Shown: one piece after another, positions 37,511 to 50,912 of the stretch
Layout of the letters: each line of letters starts with the position of its first letter
Numbering within the stretch: the first letter of the stretch is position 1
Assembly: GCA_002269645.1 (NCBI GenBank)
Contig: NIVC01000598.1
Span: 532,286 to 596,285 of the forward strand
Reading direction: 5' to 3'
DNA length: 64,000 nt
Origin: Macrostomum lignano
Lineage: Eukaryota
Made by a program: the position numbers and the translations under genes
Notes under the pieces: generated by a model
What the model saw: only the letters and a program-made list of their open reading frames with translations
What the model was told of the DNA's origin: nothing
Databases searched by the model: none

Positions 37511-39324
37511 AATGCCGGCAAACTGAACGTCAGTGGTTTAGAATGCCCTCAAAGTCAAGTATAGCCACCTGAGATTCCCTAATAGAGTTTTTTATGGCCC
37601 TTGTTATAAACGATGCGTCTATAAGTCTAGCCTGGCAAATCCGTGGAAATTCCACGGCTAGCTGATGTATTTTTATCACTGACGTTTTATCTGCCTTTCA
37701 CGATGTTCATGTTGCGCTGAGATAACTATTAGTATGCATGCGTTCAGATATGGCTGACGGTCTAAAAATGCGAGTGCAATTTTGCTTGTTTTTGTCGCCG
37801 CTAATTTCTTGGAAATGGAGGTAAAGAAGTTTACTTCGCACAAACAAAAAACTATTTTGCTTCTAGAGAAAAAAACCGCCCAAAGCTGCCACTAAGTACA
37901 ATTGTCTAGAGATAAAACATCACTTCCTTTCGAGTACCTGCTAACTTGAGAATAGCTCTCGAGTCGTCATTTAAGGTCTTTTGATCTAATGGACAGGTGA
38001 AGTGATACATTCTAGGCACCAAAGTTTCTATTCTGAATTCTGAATGTTAAAAATCAATGAGAATGCTCCAGCAAGTAACAGCTGACCCCTGCTTCAACCA
38101 TTAGGAAGCGACAATGTACATGTACAAGGTAAGAAAATATTCCTATATAAATTCCTTTTAAAATCAAGTAAAGACTTCGCCTTATTTTGACCTAAACCCA
38201 GATAATCTTGACAATGAAGAATCCCTCCATTCCATACGCCGATTTAGCTATTAAGCGGATCTTTTTTAAACACAGGCTTCAACTTTTTGAGGCTCAAAAA
38301 GTGCAACACATACAGGATACTATTTCTTAGATTTGTAGGATCTGAGCTATCAAAGTTTGATCTCATATGTAAATACAAAAGTACTAGAAGTAGTAGTACT
38401 AGAAATACAAAAGCTCCGTTCCTGCCGACATGGTCAGCAGGGCTGGCCATAGACTATAGCTAGAATCTTAATGCGCCCCTGTGCAAAGCCTTTCTAGCCG
38501 AGAAGGGAGCATTTTATACTTGGCTTGGACAAATCTTGGGTCGAAAAAAACAGCTTCAAAGTGCATTTCACTTAATGCTCTCTGAATAGATTATGCAGTG
38601 TGTACACTAGCTACTCGATATCTAGCAATAGACACTGCAGTTCACTTTAAAATCTGCAAACAGGCCTTTTTGAAAGAGAAAGCACTGCACCTCCTTAATA
38701 CGAGTAGTGCATCATTTTATTGAAAAGTAAATCAGCTACAACCATGGACATTTTGCATACATCGGATTCTGAGACTGATGATGTAATCACAGAGAATGCT
38801 GAAACCGAGTCGCTGCATTCCATTGCAGATAAGTAGGACATTTTTCACCCATTTTCGTATGATCAGCGCTGCTATCTCTTCAAAAATGAGTAACGCGTAT
38901 CTTATATATATATATATATATATATACTTAAAAGCATTTTGAATATATTTATTGTTAATCCAGTCTTCTGCATTTCGAGTTCGCACAAACTATAGCTGGT
39001 AAAAACAACTCAAGTTGATTAAAAAAACTTATTACATTATACCAAAATAAATTTTACAATCGGTAGTAACTGTGAACTCGAATTAGAACATTGGCTTGCC
39101 GTTGCTTTTCGGGGACAAAATGGCAAAAGGAACAACTTTTGAAAACATAAAAATTGAAGCAAGGAGTCTGAAAAGACCAGGCGGATATATCATATATAAA
39201 GAGTGAACAGGGTTTAAGAAATGATGCTGAACAAACAATGAACTCTTGAGAACAATTGGAATTGATAATTTAGGAGAACATGGAGAAATACAGCCGAATA
39301 GGGATAGAATTCAGATATTCAGGG

Positions 39325-40665
39325 AATAATTCAGGTGAACAAGGGGAAAATTCGGGGAAACAAAAATTCTGGGGGATAAGGGGAGAATTCAGGGGGAACA
39401 AGGGGAGAATTCTTGGGGAATGAGGGGAGAATTCTCGGAGAACAAGGCGAGAATTCAGGGGGAACAAGGGGAGAATTCGGGGGGGGGGGCAAGGGGAGAA
39501 TTCGGGGAACAAGGGGAGAATTCTTGGGGAATAAGGGGAGAATTCTCGGAGAACAAGGGGAGAATTCGAGGGGAACAAGGGGAGAACTCTTGGAGGGACA
39601 AGGGCAGAATTATGGGGGAACAAGGGGAGAATTCGGGGAGAACAAGGGGAGAATTCTTGGGGGGACAAGGGGAGAATTCGGTGGAGGGGCGCAAGGGGAG
39701 AATTCGAGGAACAAGGGGAGAATTCGGGGGGAACAATGGGAGAATTCGGAGGGAACAAGGGGAGAATTCTTGGGAATAAGGGGAGAAATCTCGGAGAACA
39801 AGGTGAGAATTCGGGGGGAAAAAGGGGAGAATTCGGGGGGAACAAGGGGAGAATTCGAGGGGAACAATGGGAGAATTCTTGGGAATAAGGGGAGAATTCT
39901 CGGAGAACAAGGTGAGAATTCGGGGGGAACAAGGGGAGAATTCGGGGGGAACAAGGGGAGAATTCGAGGGGAATGAGGGGAGAATTCTCGGAGAACAAGG
40001 CGAGAATTCGGGGGGAACAAGGGGGGAACTCTTGGAGGGACAAGGAGAGAATTCGGGGTGGACAAGGGGACAATTCAGGGGGAACAAGGGGAGAATTCGG
40101 GGGGGGCAAGGGGAGAATTCGGGGAACAAGGGGAGAATTCGGGGAACAAGGGGAGAATTCTTGGGGAATAAGGGGAGAATTCTCGGAGAACAAGGGGAGA
40201 ATTCGGGGGGAACAAGGGGAGAATTCGGAGGGAACAAGGGGAGAATTCTTGGGAATAAGGGGAGAATTCTCGGAGAACAAGGTGAGAATTCGGGAGGAAC
40301 AAGGGGAGAATTCGAGGGGAACAAGGGGAGAACTCTTGGAGGGACAAGGGCAGAATTATGGGGGGAACAAGGGGAGAATTCGGGGAGAACAAGGGGAGAA
40401 TTCGGGGGGGCAAGGGGAGAATTCGGGGAGAACAAGGGGAGAATTCGAGGGGAACAAGGGGAGAATTCGGGGAACAAGGGGATAATTCGGGGGAACAAGG
40501 GGAGAATTCGAGGGGAACAAGGGGAGAATTCTTGGGGGGACAAGAGGAGAATTCGTGGGGGGGGGCAGGGGAGAATTCGGGGAACAATGGGGTAATTTGG
40601 GGAAACAAGGGGAGAATTCGGGGGGAACAAGGGGAGAATTCTTGGGGGGACAAGGGGAGAAAAAA
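39325..40665. repeat. 22-bp G-rich minisatellite (CAAGGGGAGAATTCGGGGGGAA)n
   Basis: Seen directly; EcoRI site in most units. Confidence 0.96.
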
Positions 40666-40685
40666 ATGAATAAAAGCTGAGCAGC

Positions 40686-41114
40686 TCAGTGAGAGCACAC
40701 AGCGCCAGCCAGATAATAAGCCGCTAACAGCTTTGCTGGCACCAGCACAGGTCCGCACAGTTTTCTCAACAGGAAGCTCTCAGCTGCGCTCACCACCAGG
40801 CGCTGCGGGTCGGACACTCGGCGGCGAAGGCGCGGCCATCTGGCCAGAGCGCGCCGGGCTGCGGTGGCGCCGCGCTCGTGCGCCGCGCTAGCTGAAGCCG
40901 GCAGCAGTGGTAGCAGTTGGCGCGAGGTGAACCGCAGGCGATAGCACAGCGTCCAGGCGCCAAATAGAAGACTGGCGCCAAGAACCTCGTGCACAACCAG
41001 GGTGGTAGCGAGACGCTGGCCCGAGAGGTCAACCCGGTGACCAATGAGGTCACTGAGCCTGTTCTCCCAGGCAACCCTGACACTGCCAATGCGACTTCTG
41101 TCTGGTTCTGTAGA
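40686..41114 (-). CDS. Uncharacterised small hydrophobic protein (142 codons, no in-frame ATG in this exon)
   Basis: GC-rich open frame from acceptor ACTTCACAG| at 41114 (STEPDRSRIG...VVHEVLGASLLFGAWTLCYRL...AESFLLRKLCGPVLVPAKLLAAYYLAGAVCSH*) amid AT-rich flanks. Family not recognised with confidence. Confidence 0.55.
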   Translation of the reverse strand, partial: STEPDRSRIGSVRVAWENRLSDLIGHRVDLSGQRLATTLVVHEVLGASLLFGAWTLCYRLRFTSRQLLPLLPASASAAHERGATAARRALARWPRLRRRVSDPQRLVVSAAESFLLRKLCGPVLVPAKLLAAYYLAGAVCSH

Positions 41115-43126
41115 CTGTGAAGTTTAATATTAACTTACAATTATAAATATTTTTTTACAATGAAACTTATTGATAGAGATTTCTAAAACTTTCCTTTTTC
41201 TTTTCAAAATATTTTACCAGTGCTAAAAGTTCAATGATAATATCTCAAAAGTTTATTTGATTCTGGTATAGTAGAAAGCATCTAATGTTCTAGCTATATT
41301 TGACTGATGTTAAACAAGTAGGTGTGCATTTATAAAATTTAACAATGGATTTCTTTAATTTTGTAAAACTAATTCAACTAGTTTGTTTAACCTTTAAAAG
41401 TAACAAGAAGCTGTATTGAAATCATAATTTACAAAACAAAATATATATCTATACTATAGATTCTGGCTCAAAATAAATCAATCTAACAGTATTACATATT
41501 TAAAATACAAATGCCCTATAGTGAGACTATGAAATTTTCAAATCTAATGAATACATATAATTTGACTAAGTAATAATGTATATTATTCTAATATAATATA
41601 CCATATTCATTCAAACTTTTTATTTTAATGCTGTATTTGAACATTTGAAGACTTTTGATAAAGTAAATTTTAAATGCTATATTAATTCTTACTTGACTTG
41701 ACTCAGCTGCAGGGGGCTCTGTGCATCCAGATGCAGCGAGGAGGCGTTGCCGCCCATTTCGCTAACCCCTTGCGGCTTAAATCATATTAAATATAGCCAT
41801 AGACAAAGTATGTAAATTCTACTATAGATGCAAATCTACTCGATGGACTTTGGCGTTTGAATAAATACTCAATAAAGCGGCATAGCGACATATTCCTCGG
41901 CTTCAGATAGAATCAAAGACCAATAAGAAGTTGCTCTAGCTGTTGATGGAAACTGATTTTTTCTGTATAAAATAAAAAATTCTCGGTATGCAAGTGTATA
42001 TTAAAGTATAAACCCGTCCTATGCGTATGCATGTGCCATGATTAGTCGTACTGTCTGCACGAGGCCACGAGCTCACTGAGTTTCTTAGAAATATCAGTGG
42101 CTTTTAAAATGGTGCAAAACGGTAATTCAAATATGCTCGTACAAGCGTAATTATTTTGGTATGTCCGGCATACGAGATGCATGATTCAAAAAGTGTCTAA
42201 ATTTTTTTAAGTTTTTGTTTTATCTGGACTGTAATATATCTCTCCATATAGTATATGTAAGCATATAGAGAGAGTAGAAAGCATCCTTTAACATTTTGGT
42301 AAATACTAAACTACAAGTCTTATTGTAGGTAGTGCGTGCTAGTTGACTCATTGTTTTATGAAGAGTCCTAATCCTAACCCACTCCATTGTTTTTTTCCAT
42401 AGTTAAAAAAAGGATCTCTGAAACTAGGCCTCAATAAAAAATTATACGTTTTTACTCAATATTTATTGGCTATGATCAGAAACTTTTTTCAAAAAAGCAT
42501 TACAATATGCTCTCATGAAATTGTTACGACGTTTTTGGATTTGACAGGACAATATGTAAGTGATAATGTATTTTGCTTTTACTTGAATTTACATAGAATA
42601 ATACATCATTATATTTTATTAGGAGCAAATTGATTCTTCTTGGAAGGTGACGAAACATTGGCACGTAACAACTCAATGCAAACGGGTATAGTATATACAC
42701 TAAATGAATTGATTTACATTATGCTACATCTACATGTAAGATATTTCTAAGTACCAATAGTTTTATAGAAATTTAATATTCAGTATGCATCTAGAGAAAA
42801 ACGATTAAAGATTACATTTTATTGACAGAAAAACATTCAAAGGTCTTAGATGGCTTTTAATTTTAGCGGTCAGTTTTTACCAAATTAAATTACCTATGCA
42901 TATACATGTAACGGCCAATAAGACAATTACGTACGCTTTTATTCCACCTTAAAATTTAAAACAAAAACGCCACGCCATGAATGCATGAGCTTTTGGTTAT
43001 GTCCGTAGCGAGAAGAGAAGTAATAGTTAATTTGAAAATTAAAACGGCCTACACGTCACCGGGTCAGATAAACCTTTGTCGCAGCAAAAAAATCGGTCAT
43101 TTTCAAAGCACATATAATATCCTTCA

Positions 43127-46100
43127 TCAAACGTACTCGCCGGATGCGCTTTCCATAAGTCGAATAAGATTATTTAGCCCAATCAGATAGCCGTCCTCGT
43201 GACTGCCAGGTGTCCAAGGTACGGTGTGCTGCAGTCTTTCGCCGTCCGGCCTCGGGAGGGTCTTAGCAAAGTCGATCATCCAGACGCCAGCACGTAGAGA
43301 CGCGTCGTGCAGGAACAGCAAGGAAGAGCCGATGAACTGCAGAAATTCAATGTGTAGGTTGTACCATTTGTCCCGTTATGATTATTCACATTATTCAGAA
43401 TTGACTCTCTCTATGCAATTCATTTACTCATGAACAAATGCATTATTATAAGTATGCATTGGTTTTGACTGTACAACTTTACCATTCACATGTAACAATA
43501 CATCGTAGAATACCCAATATTGCAAAACTTGTTCACACCACATTAACAATGACACCACATCACATTGACTGATATGTTGATGTATCTGAACAAGGCAGCT
43601 AAAATCAAATACAAACTACGAGCTAAGTAATCATGCAAAACTTTGGCTTTATTTAATGGCTGTGTCGCCATGACAACTTAATCGTGGATACTCAATGGCT
43701 GATTCTCTCTAGCGTCTCAAAGTCTCTCTAGCCTCCGAAACATTTTCTACTTCGGTTTTCTCACCTCATGCCTGGCAAAGAAGTCTGATTTCTCTAGCGC
43801 TGACTTGAGTTCACGCAGTCTGGCAGCAAACGAACGCATCACAGCGGCGTTGTAGGCGCAAAAGTAGTGAATGACGGGCAAAACCTACGAGATTTGGTAA
43901 ACAAGTTGAGCATGAGAAACCGATCAAGTACTCTCATCAAAAATCAATATGTTACTCATTGTTTCCAATAGATTTTGCGCTCAACACAAGCAATGCAGCC
44001 CCACATCATCAAGCATCGGTGGTTCAGTGGTAGAATGCTCGCCTGCCACCCGGACGGTCCAGGGTTCGAATCCCGGCCGTTGCAATTTATTTAGTACAGA
44101 AATACATTTTTCATACCTCGGACTCCGTTTTTATAGTTTTTAAGCGACGACTGTGCGCTGAACACGATTCCGGATCTCTTGTCTGGAAAAGTTAATAGAG
44201 ACTACGGATTAGTAAAGTGAAAAAAATTATAATTATATTATCGCTTTAAGACAGTAAATGTTAATATTTGTAACCTTGATTGCTTCCAAACGAAAGCCCA
44301 GAGAGACTGTAGTACTCTCCTGTTCTCGAAACTGCAGTGAAAAAATAATTTAAAGTTTATTTTGTATTCATTTCTTATATACTAAAAAGTGTGATTTATC
44401 CTAATAAGTTATTTTTCCTCCAATTCAAAAAACAATACCTCGTATGCTGAATTATTGAATTTGTAAGCTCTATGCAGCTTACCAGCATGTATCTCAGCTT
44501 GGTAATCGCTCCAGCTCTTCTCTCCTCCTCTGTCGGCTGGTTCGGGTCCACGGCCGTCATTTTCTTGTACAGGTCGGGCCGCAACTCGGGGTTGGCAGTG
44601 TCCGACTCCAGGAACGTGCGGCAGCCCATCTTCACGTCCATTATGCTCGGATTCGAGAAGTGCTGCATCAGGTCTTCCAGTTCTAAGTAAGCTATTGGAA
44701 CATTTCAGATACAGTATGCATGCCTCAAGTCTTTAAAGTCATGTGCGTGTGTACAACTGATAAAATAGATTCCTTCTCATCAACACCAATTCTTCCCCAT
44801 CTTTCCCTATCTAGCCAAATCCTTCCCTATCTATCCCAATCCTTCCTTATCTATCCTAATCCTTCCCTATTTAGCCCAATCCTTCCCTATCTATCCCAAT
44901 CCTTCCCTATCTAGCCCAATCCTTCCCTATCTAGCCCAATCCTTCCCCATCTATCCCAATCCTTCCCTATCTAGCCCAATCCTTCCCTATCCATCCCAAT
45001 CCTTCCCTATCTAGCCCAATCCTTCCCCATCTATCCCAATCCTTCCCTATCTAGCCCAATCCTTCCCTATCCATCCCAATCCTTCCCTATCTAGCCCAAT
45101 CCTTTCCTATCTATCCTAATCCTTCCTTATCTATCCTAATCCTTCCTTATCTATCCCAATCCTTCCCCATCTATCCCAATCCTTTCCTATCTATCCCAAT
45201 CCTTCCCCATCTATCCCAATCCTTCCCCATCTATCCCAATCCTTCCCTATCTAGCCCAATCCTTCCCTATCCATCCCAATCCTTCCCTATCTAGCCCAAT
45301 CCTTTCCTATCTATCCTAATCCTTCCTTATCTATCCTAATCCTTCCTTATCTATCCCAATCCTTCCCCATCTATCCCAATCCTTCCCTATCTAGCCCAAT
45401 CCTTCCCCATCTATCCCAATCCTTCCCTATCTAGCCCAATCCTTCCCTATCCATCCCAATCCTTCCCTATCTAGCCCAATCCTTCCCCATCTATCCCAAT
45501 CCTTCCCTATCTAGCCCAATCCTTCCCTATCCATCCCAATCCTTCCCTATCTAGCCCAATCCTTTCCTATCTATCCTAATCCTTCCTTATCTATCCTAAT
45601 CCTTCCTTATCTATCCCAATCCTTCCCCATCTATCCCAATCCTTTCCTATCTATCCCAATCCTTCCCCATCTATCCCAATCCTTCCCCATCTATCCCAAT
45701 CCTTTCCTATCTATCCCAATCCTTCCCCATCTATCCCAATCCTTCCCCATCTATCCCAATCCTTCCCCATCTATCCCAATCCTTCCCCATGTATCCCAAT
45801 CCTTCCCCATCTGTCCCAATCCTTCCCCATCTATCCCAATCCTTCCCCATCTATCCCAATCCTTTCCTATCTATCCCAATCCTTCCCCATCTATCCCAAT
45901 CCTTCCCCATGTATCCCAATCCTTCCCCATCTGTAACAATCCTTCCCCATCTATCCCAATCCTTCCCCATCTATCCCAATCCTTCCCTATCTATCCCAAT
46001 CCTTCCCCATTATACTTAAAGCCTTCTCAATCCGCCCAACGGCTTCCAATTCCCCCACTAGTAGGGAGTGAGCTGTATTATATTGCACATACTCAAGCGT

Positions 46101-48824
46101 ATCGAAAGTGCTACGCAAATGATATGCGGTTGGATCTTATTTCTGTTAGCAAGTCCGCATGAGAAGTATGATAACAAAGCAAAACTCACATTCGCCACTG
46201 AGCTGTACTTCTCGATGGAATTTCGGCACAAACTGCTGCATCCCGCTGTCCTGCAGCATCAGCTGCCTGTAGGCTGACAGCTCGTGCGACTCCGAGGCAT
46301 CTCGACGCTTCAGGATGGTCCACGGGCTGGAGACCGCAAATGCGCCTGATTAGCAGTTTGTTCGAATAGAATTTTATTGCTTGAAATATGCGGATAAAAT
46401 CTACAAGTATCAGTTTGTGTTACTAAGGATGATGCTAATGACCCTAATGGGCAGATGTGCAACTGACAGCTCAGCCGCAGCTATTGCGCGGCGCATCTGA
46501 AGGCTGCGTACGGCTGTTCAGTCCAAGGACTGGGGGGAGGGGGTCGCTATACACAGCCTCAATTACCCCAGCTAATGCTGGCACCCATTTTACAGCTGGG
46601 TGAACTGAAGCAATGCAGAGTGAAGTGCTCAAGGACACAATTGTTCCAAGTGGGTCGAGAATCGAACCACCGACCTTCAAGTCGTGAGTCTGACGCTCTA
46701 AACCTTAGGCTACAACCCCCACCTATAGGCTAAGCTTAAAGTGCTTTGCATTTACTCCTTATATTAAGGTCACAGGACGCTTAAAACTTCACGTGATGCT
46801 AAGAATGATATGTGACAGAACGTCCCGTAATGCAACAAAAAGAAATGTGATGCTAAAAATTCTAGTGTTGCTATAAGACAAGTTCTAATTGACACTTTTG
46901 ACAAACAACCTTGCGGAAGTTACGAGATGCCTAAAACTTGACTCTTACAGTACTTTTCCGTACATAAAATCAGATTACAACGATGGTCACACAGGTGCAA
47001 TCAGTTGAGCTCAACGAGCATATCAACTCACCGGAGTGGCCCGACAACTGCACAAACTCGTTCTTGCGACCCTGTTCCATGCCTGCCTTGTTCGTATCCA
47101 ACTCGGCTGTGAGCTGCAAATTGATCTTTGATTTGTTTATCGTTGAATCGTGGCATTGAAAAACCTCAAGCTTTCAGCAGTTGTCAGTCGCTTAGTTGAC
47201 AAGCGCTCTCAATAGTCTATGTTAAAAAAACGAATGTACAAGTACACATGTACATGAAAACAACACTGAAACTCTGATAGTACATTGCACTTTTGCTGTC
47301 TACTGTCACTGCTCCTGTCAACAGCTGTCAAATGTCCTGGTCTGTCTCTGTCGGCTGCTGCATGCTGCATGTACATCATAATATAATATAAGCTCTTAAT
47401 TCTCTTCCCCCATCATCTGTAGCCTCTCACTCATATTTTGACCACACCCATGATTCTAAAGTGCACAACTGCAGGCAGACCAAGGCATTTCTTGGGCTAG
47501 AAAGTAAGTGTGCTATCAAGCTACACACAGCTGAAGTTCCATCATCACAGTTTTAACTCGAATTATTCCAATATCGATCGTAACTCTCCCAGCGAGTTGC
47601 TGTGCGGTAGCTAGCTAACCATCAGAGTTCCGTTTAAGGATATCAACATGAAGCTGTATTAAGCCTCTACAGCAGGTGTCGGCAAACGTTTTTTCCCTCA
47701 AGAGCCAGATAAAAAATTCAGCTCATGGCTGTGGGCCAGATAAGAAAGGGAAAGGCGAGAGAATAGAAGATTCTAAGAGATAAGAGAGAGGAGAGACGAG
47801 AGATGGGATCAGAGAAGAGAGAAGGGAGAGAAGGGAGAGAAAAGAGGAGAGGAGAGGAGAGGAGAGGAGAGGAGAGGAGAGGAGAGGAGAGGAGAGGAGA
47901 GGAGAGGAGAGAAGAGGAAAGTGGAGGGGAGAGAGGAAGGAGAGGGGAGAGAGGAGAGTGGGCAGGAATGGAGTCAGTATGGCATAGCAGGGCAGTTGCA
48001 GTGTTGAGGTAGATAGGAAGTCTATTAAAAAAGAAAAGTCCAGTCCTGTACGCATTCCTCTTAAAGGAGGGGAGAGAGGAAGGAGAGAGGAGAGAGGAGA
48101 GAAGAGAGGGGAGAGAGGAGAGTGAATAGAGAAGAGACCCAAACCTTGAGCGGGCCGGATTACTATTGTGAAGTTTCAAAGGACTCGAAGGCCGGAGAGA
48201 CACTACGGGCCGCGTGTGGCCCGCAGGCCGAAGTGTGCCGAGCCCTGCTCTACAGCATGCTCGCACAAGTCCTCGCACAGCCTCTGGTTAACGAACAAAT
48301 CTTATCAAATCTTTTTAGCCTGATTAAACGCTGCGGCTCTGGCAAACTCAGCTTCCAAGATTATCTCACGGGTTTTCCAGAGCCGCCACCGCTCCCTGCG
48401 CGCTTTCTTATCATAAAGTTCAACTTCTAACGCCAAAATTTATTGCCCTAGTGCGCCTGAAGCTTCTCAAAATTACCAGAGTGAGCACGGAGGACTCGAC
48501 CCGCCAAGAGGTCTGCACGAACACTCGGTAGACGTCCTCCTCACTGAGCCAGTCGCTTTCACGATCGGCCAGCCTTGCCTTCAGCTCGATGGCGGCTCTT
48601 GTCGGAGTCGCTGGTGTCACCTCGTTGAACTGCCCGGTAGTGACGGTGGTTGACACCACAGTTGCCGCCGCTGTCGCTGCAGCAGCTACGCCTGTCCCTG
48701 GTACATAGCTGGAGTAAGCCGGGTTCTCAACTCCGTTGGAGCCACCGCCCTCCGGTATTGATTGGCTGCGGCTTCTGTGCCGGCGGCAGCAGCTGTTGTA
48801 GCGGCTACTTGCGCTGGCGCCCAT
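43127..48824 (-). CDS. IP3K: Inositol 1,4,5-trisphosphate 3-kinase (ITPKA/B/C family), about 415 aa
   Basis: Exons 48824-48477, 47113-47032, 46345-46190, 44691-44483, 44331-44275, 44182-44117, 43884-43765 and 43336-43127 have matching phases (1248 nt). Motifs [62 protein letters not shown] probable 5'UTR exon lies near 49556-49620. Confidence 0.9.
44013..44084 (+). tRNA. tRNA-Gly(GCC)-like sequence, probably a pseudogene, antisense in an IP3K intron
   Basis: GCATCGGTGGTTCAGTGGTAGAATGCTCGCCTGCCAC...GGTTCGAATCCCGGCCGTTGCA has intact A and B boxes and a GCC anticodon, but mismatches in the acceptor (T4-T), anticodon (two) and T stems. Confidence 0.75.
44790..46012. repeat. 20-bp minisatellite (CCAATCCTTCCCTATCTAGC / CCAATCCTTCCCCATCTATC)n filling most of an IP3K intron
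   Basis: Seen directly. Confidence 0.97.
46425..46719 (-). mobile_element. CORE-type SINE, copy 5 (IP3K intron)
   Basis: Aligns to copy 1. Confidence 0.85.
47673..48247. mobile_element. hAT (Charlie-like) MITE with an internal (GAGAG)n expansion
   Basis: TIRs CAGGTGTCGGCAAAC / GTGTGCCGAGCCCTG. Perfect 8-bp TSD CTCTACAG at 47665-47672 and 48248-48255. Confidence 0.88.
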
Positions 48825-48910
48825 CTCCCCTGTCCGATGCTTGCCTGCTGCTGCCGCTTGATAGCCCTGCTCAGAATTTGCTTCACAAAACTAATTAATT
48901 CTGACAAAAG

Positions 48911-49545
<635 letters not shown>

Positions 49546-50912
49546 AGCTCACTCACGGTCCACAGGAATGCTTCTGTTTCACTGCCGCTCTCCAGGTTTA
49601 GCTGGCCATGAAAAAATCACTCGATTCGAATTTCACTGCAGCAGGGAGTGTTGAGGAAGGACGCAGAAAGGGTATGCAGCTGACACGGGGCGGGCGGCCC
49701 TCATTGGATTCTTAAAGAACTGTCTTGGGGAAGCCAATCTGGAAAAGCGAGCCAGGAATGAAAGAGAGGCAGGCAGAGAGAGGGCGCGGCCTAAATAGAT
49801 GGGCGTTGTTCCCCCAGCATCCGCCCGTGCCTCATCAAACCGATGCTGCTTAATCTCTACTCCAGCTTGCGTATGCTCACATCTGGGCTCGCCAATTTGT
49901 TTGCCATAGGCTAAGATCGCTATGTCATGGAGTAGGAAAATTTGCTATCTAGGATGGAAACATGATTAAATGAAGTTGAATTTGTTCGACTGAGTTTTGT
50001 CTTTGGTAAAACCCCACTTCACGGTCTACAAAATCAAATGCAACATTTAAAAATTCGATTGCACTCATCTTAAGAAACTGCCAATCGTGTTCTATGGTCA
50101 AAACACCGCCTCTGATCTATGGCACAGCCGCAGGCACAGGCAGATCATTGAATCAGGGACTACTCAATACTCGGGACAGGTGACTACAAAAGTTGGAGGC
50201 CGATCTATTAACTCACTGACTACAAGGCAAAACATTTCCATGACATTTTCTACGGATTTAAGATTGCTCAAATCAACTTTGAAATGGCTCTGAGCCAACT
50301 GCACACTGATTTGAGCAATATGTGACTGACCCTCGGAGCTACTAGCGTTAATGCGATAATGTCCCTAAAATTAGCAGCAATAACTACAGGACAGCTGTAG
50401 GCCATCCTAGCGCAGCCGCTTCGCCAACATCGTCCAACAACCAACGCTGAGATAATTCCGCTGACAACAGGCGCGCCAATACTGTACGCAGGCATGCAAT
50501 CCTACATAGATAAAGTCCTTTACCAATGAAATACACGTTCGTTAAGCCCATTTCGAAACGATGCATTACATAACACTAAAAAGTTCTTTATTAAACACAC
50601 ACTGTGTAATATTGTTTGGTCCCCACGCTTCACATACTCTTTATTAGCATTAGGCCTTGATAGCAGCTTGACGAATTTTGAAATCTTGTTTTCTCTCACT
50701 ATGTCCTTGTCAAGTGAGGCACAAATAGAATATGATAAAAATAGGACAATAGAAAGATTACAACACGCTTTATGTAAGCTTTCTGTAAGATAAGCAAAAA
50801 TTATTGACTTCATTATTGTTAGCAAACAAAATTAACAGAATGCTTTGAAAAAGCTGGGAGGAGTCCAGTGAGATTCATTCTAAGCACAATTCTGCATCTA
50901 GAAAATTTAGTA

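Noticed and set aside
39270-40758. Long Pro- or Gly-rich ORFs on both strands
   Set aside because: Products of the 22-bp tandem repeat.
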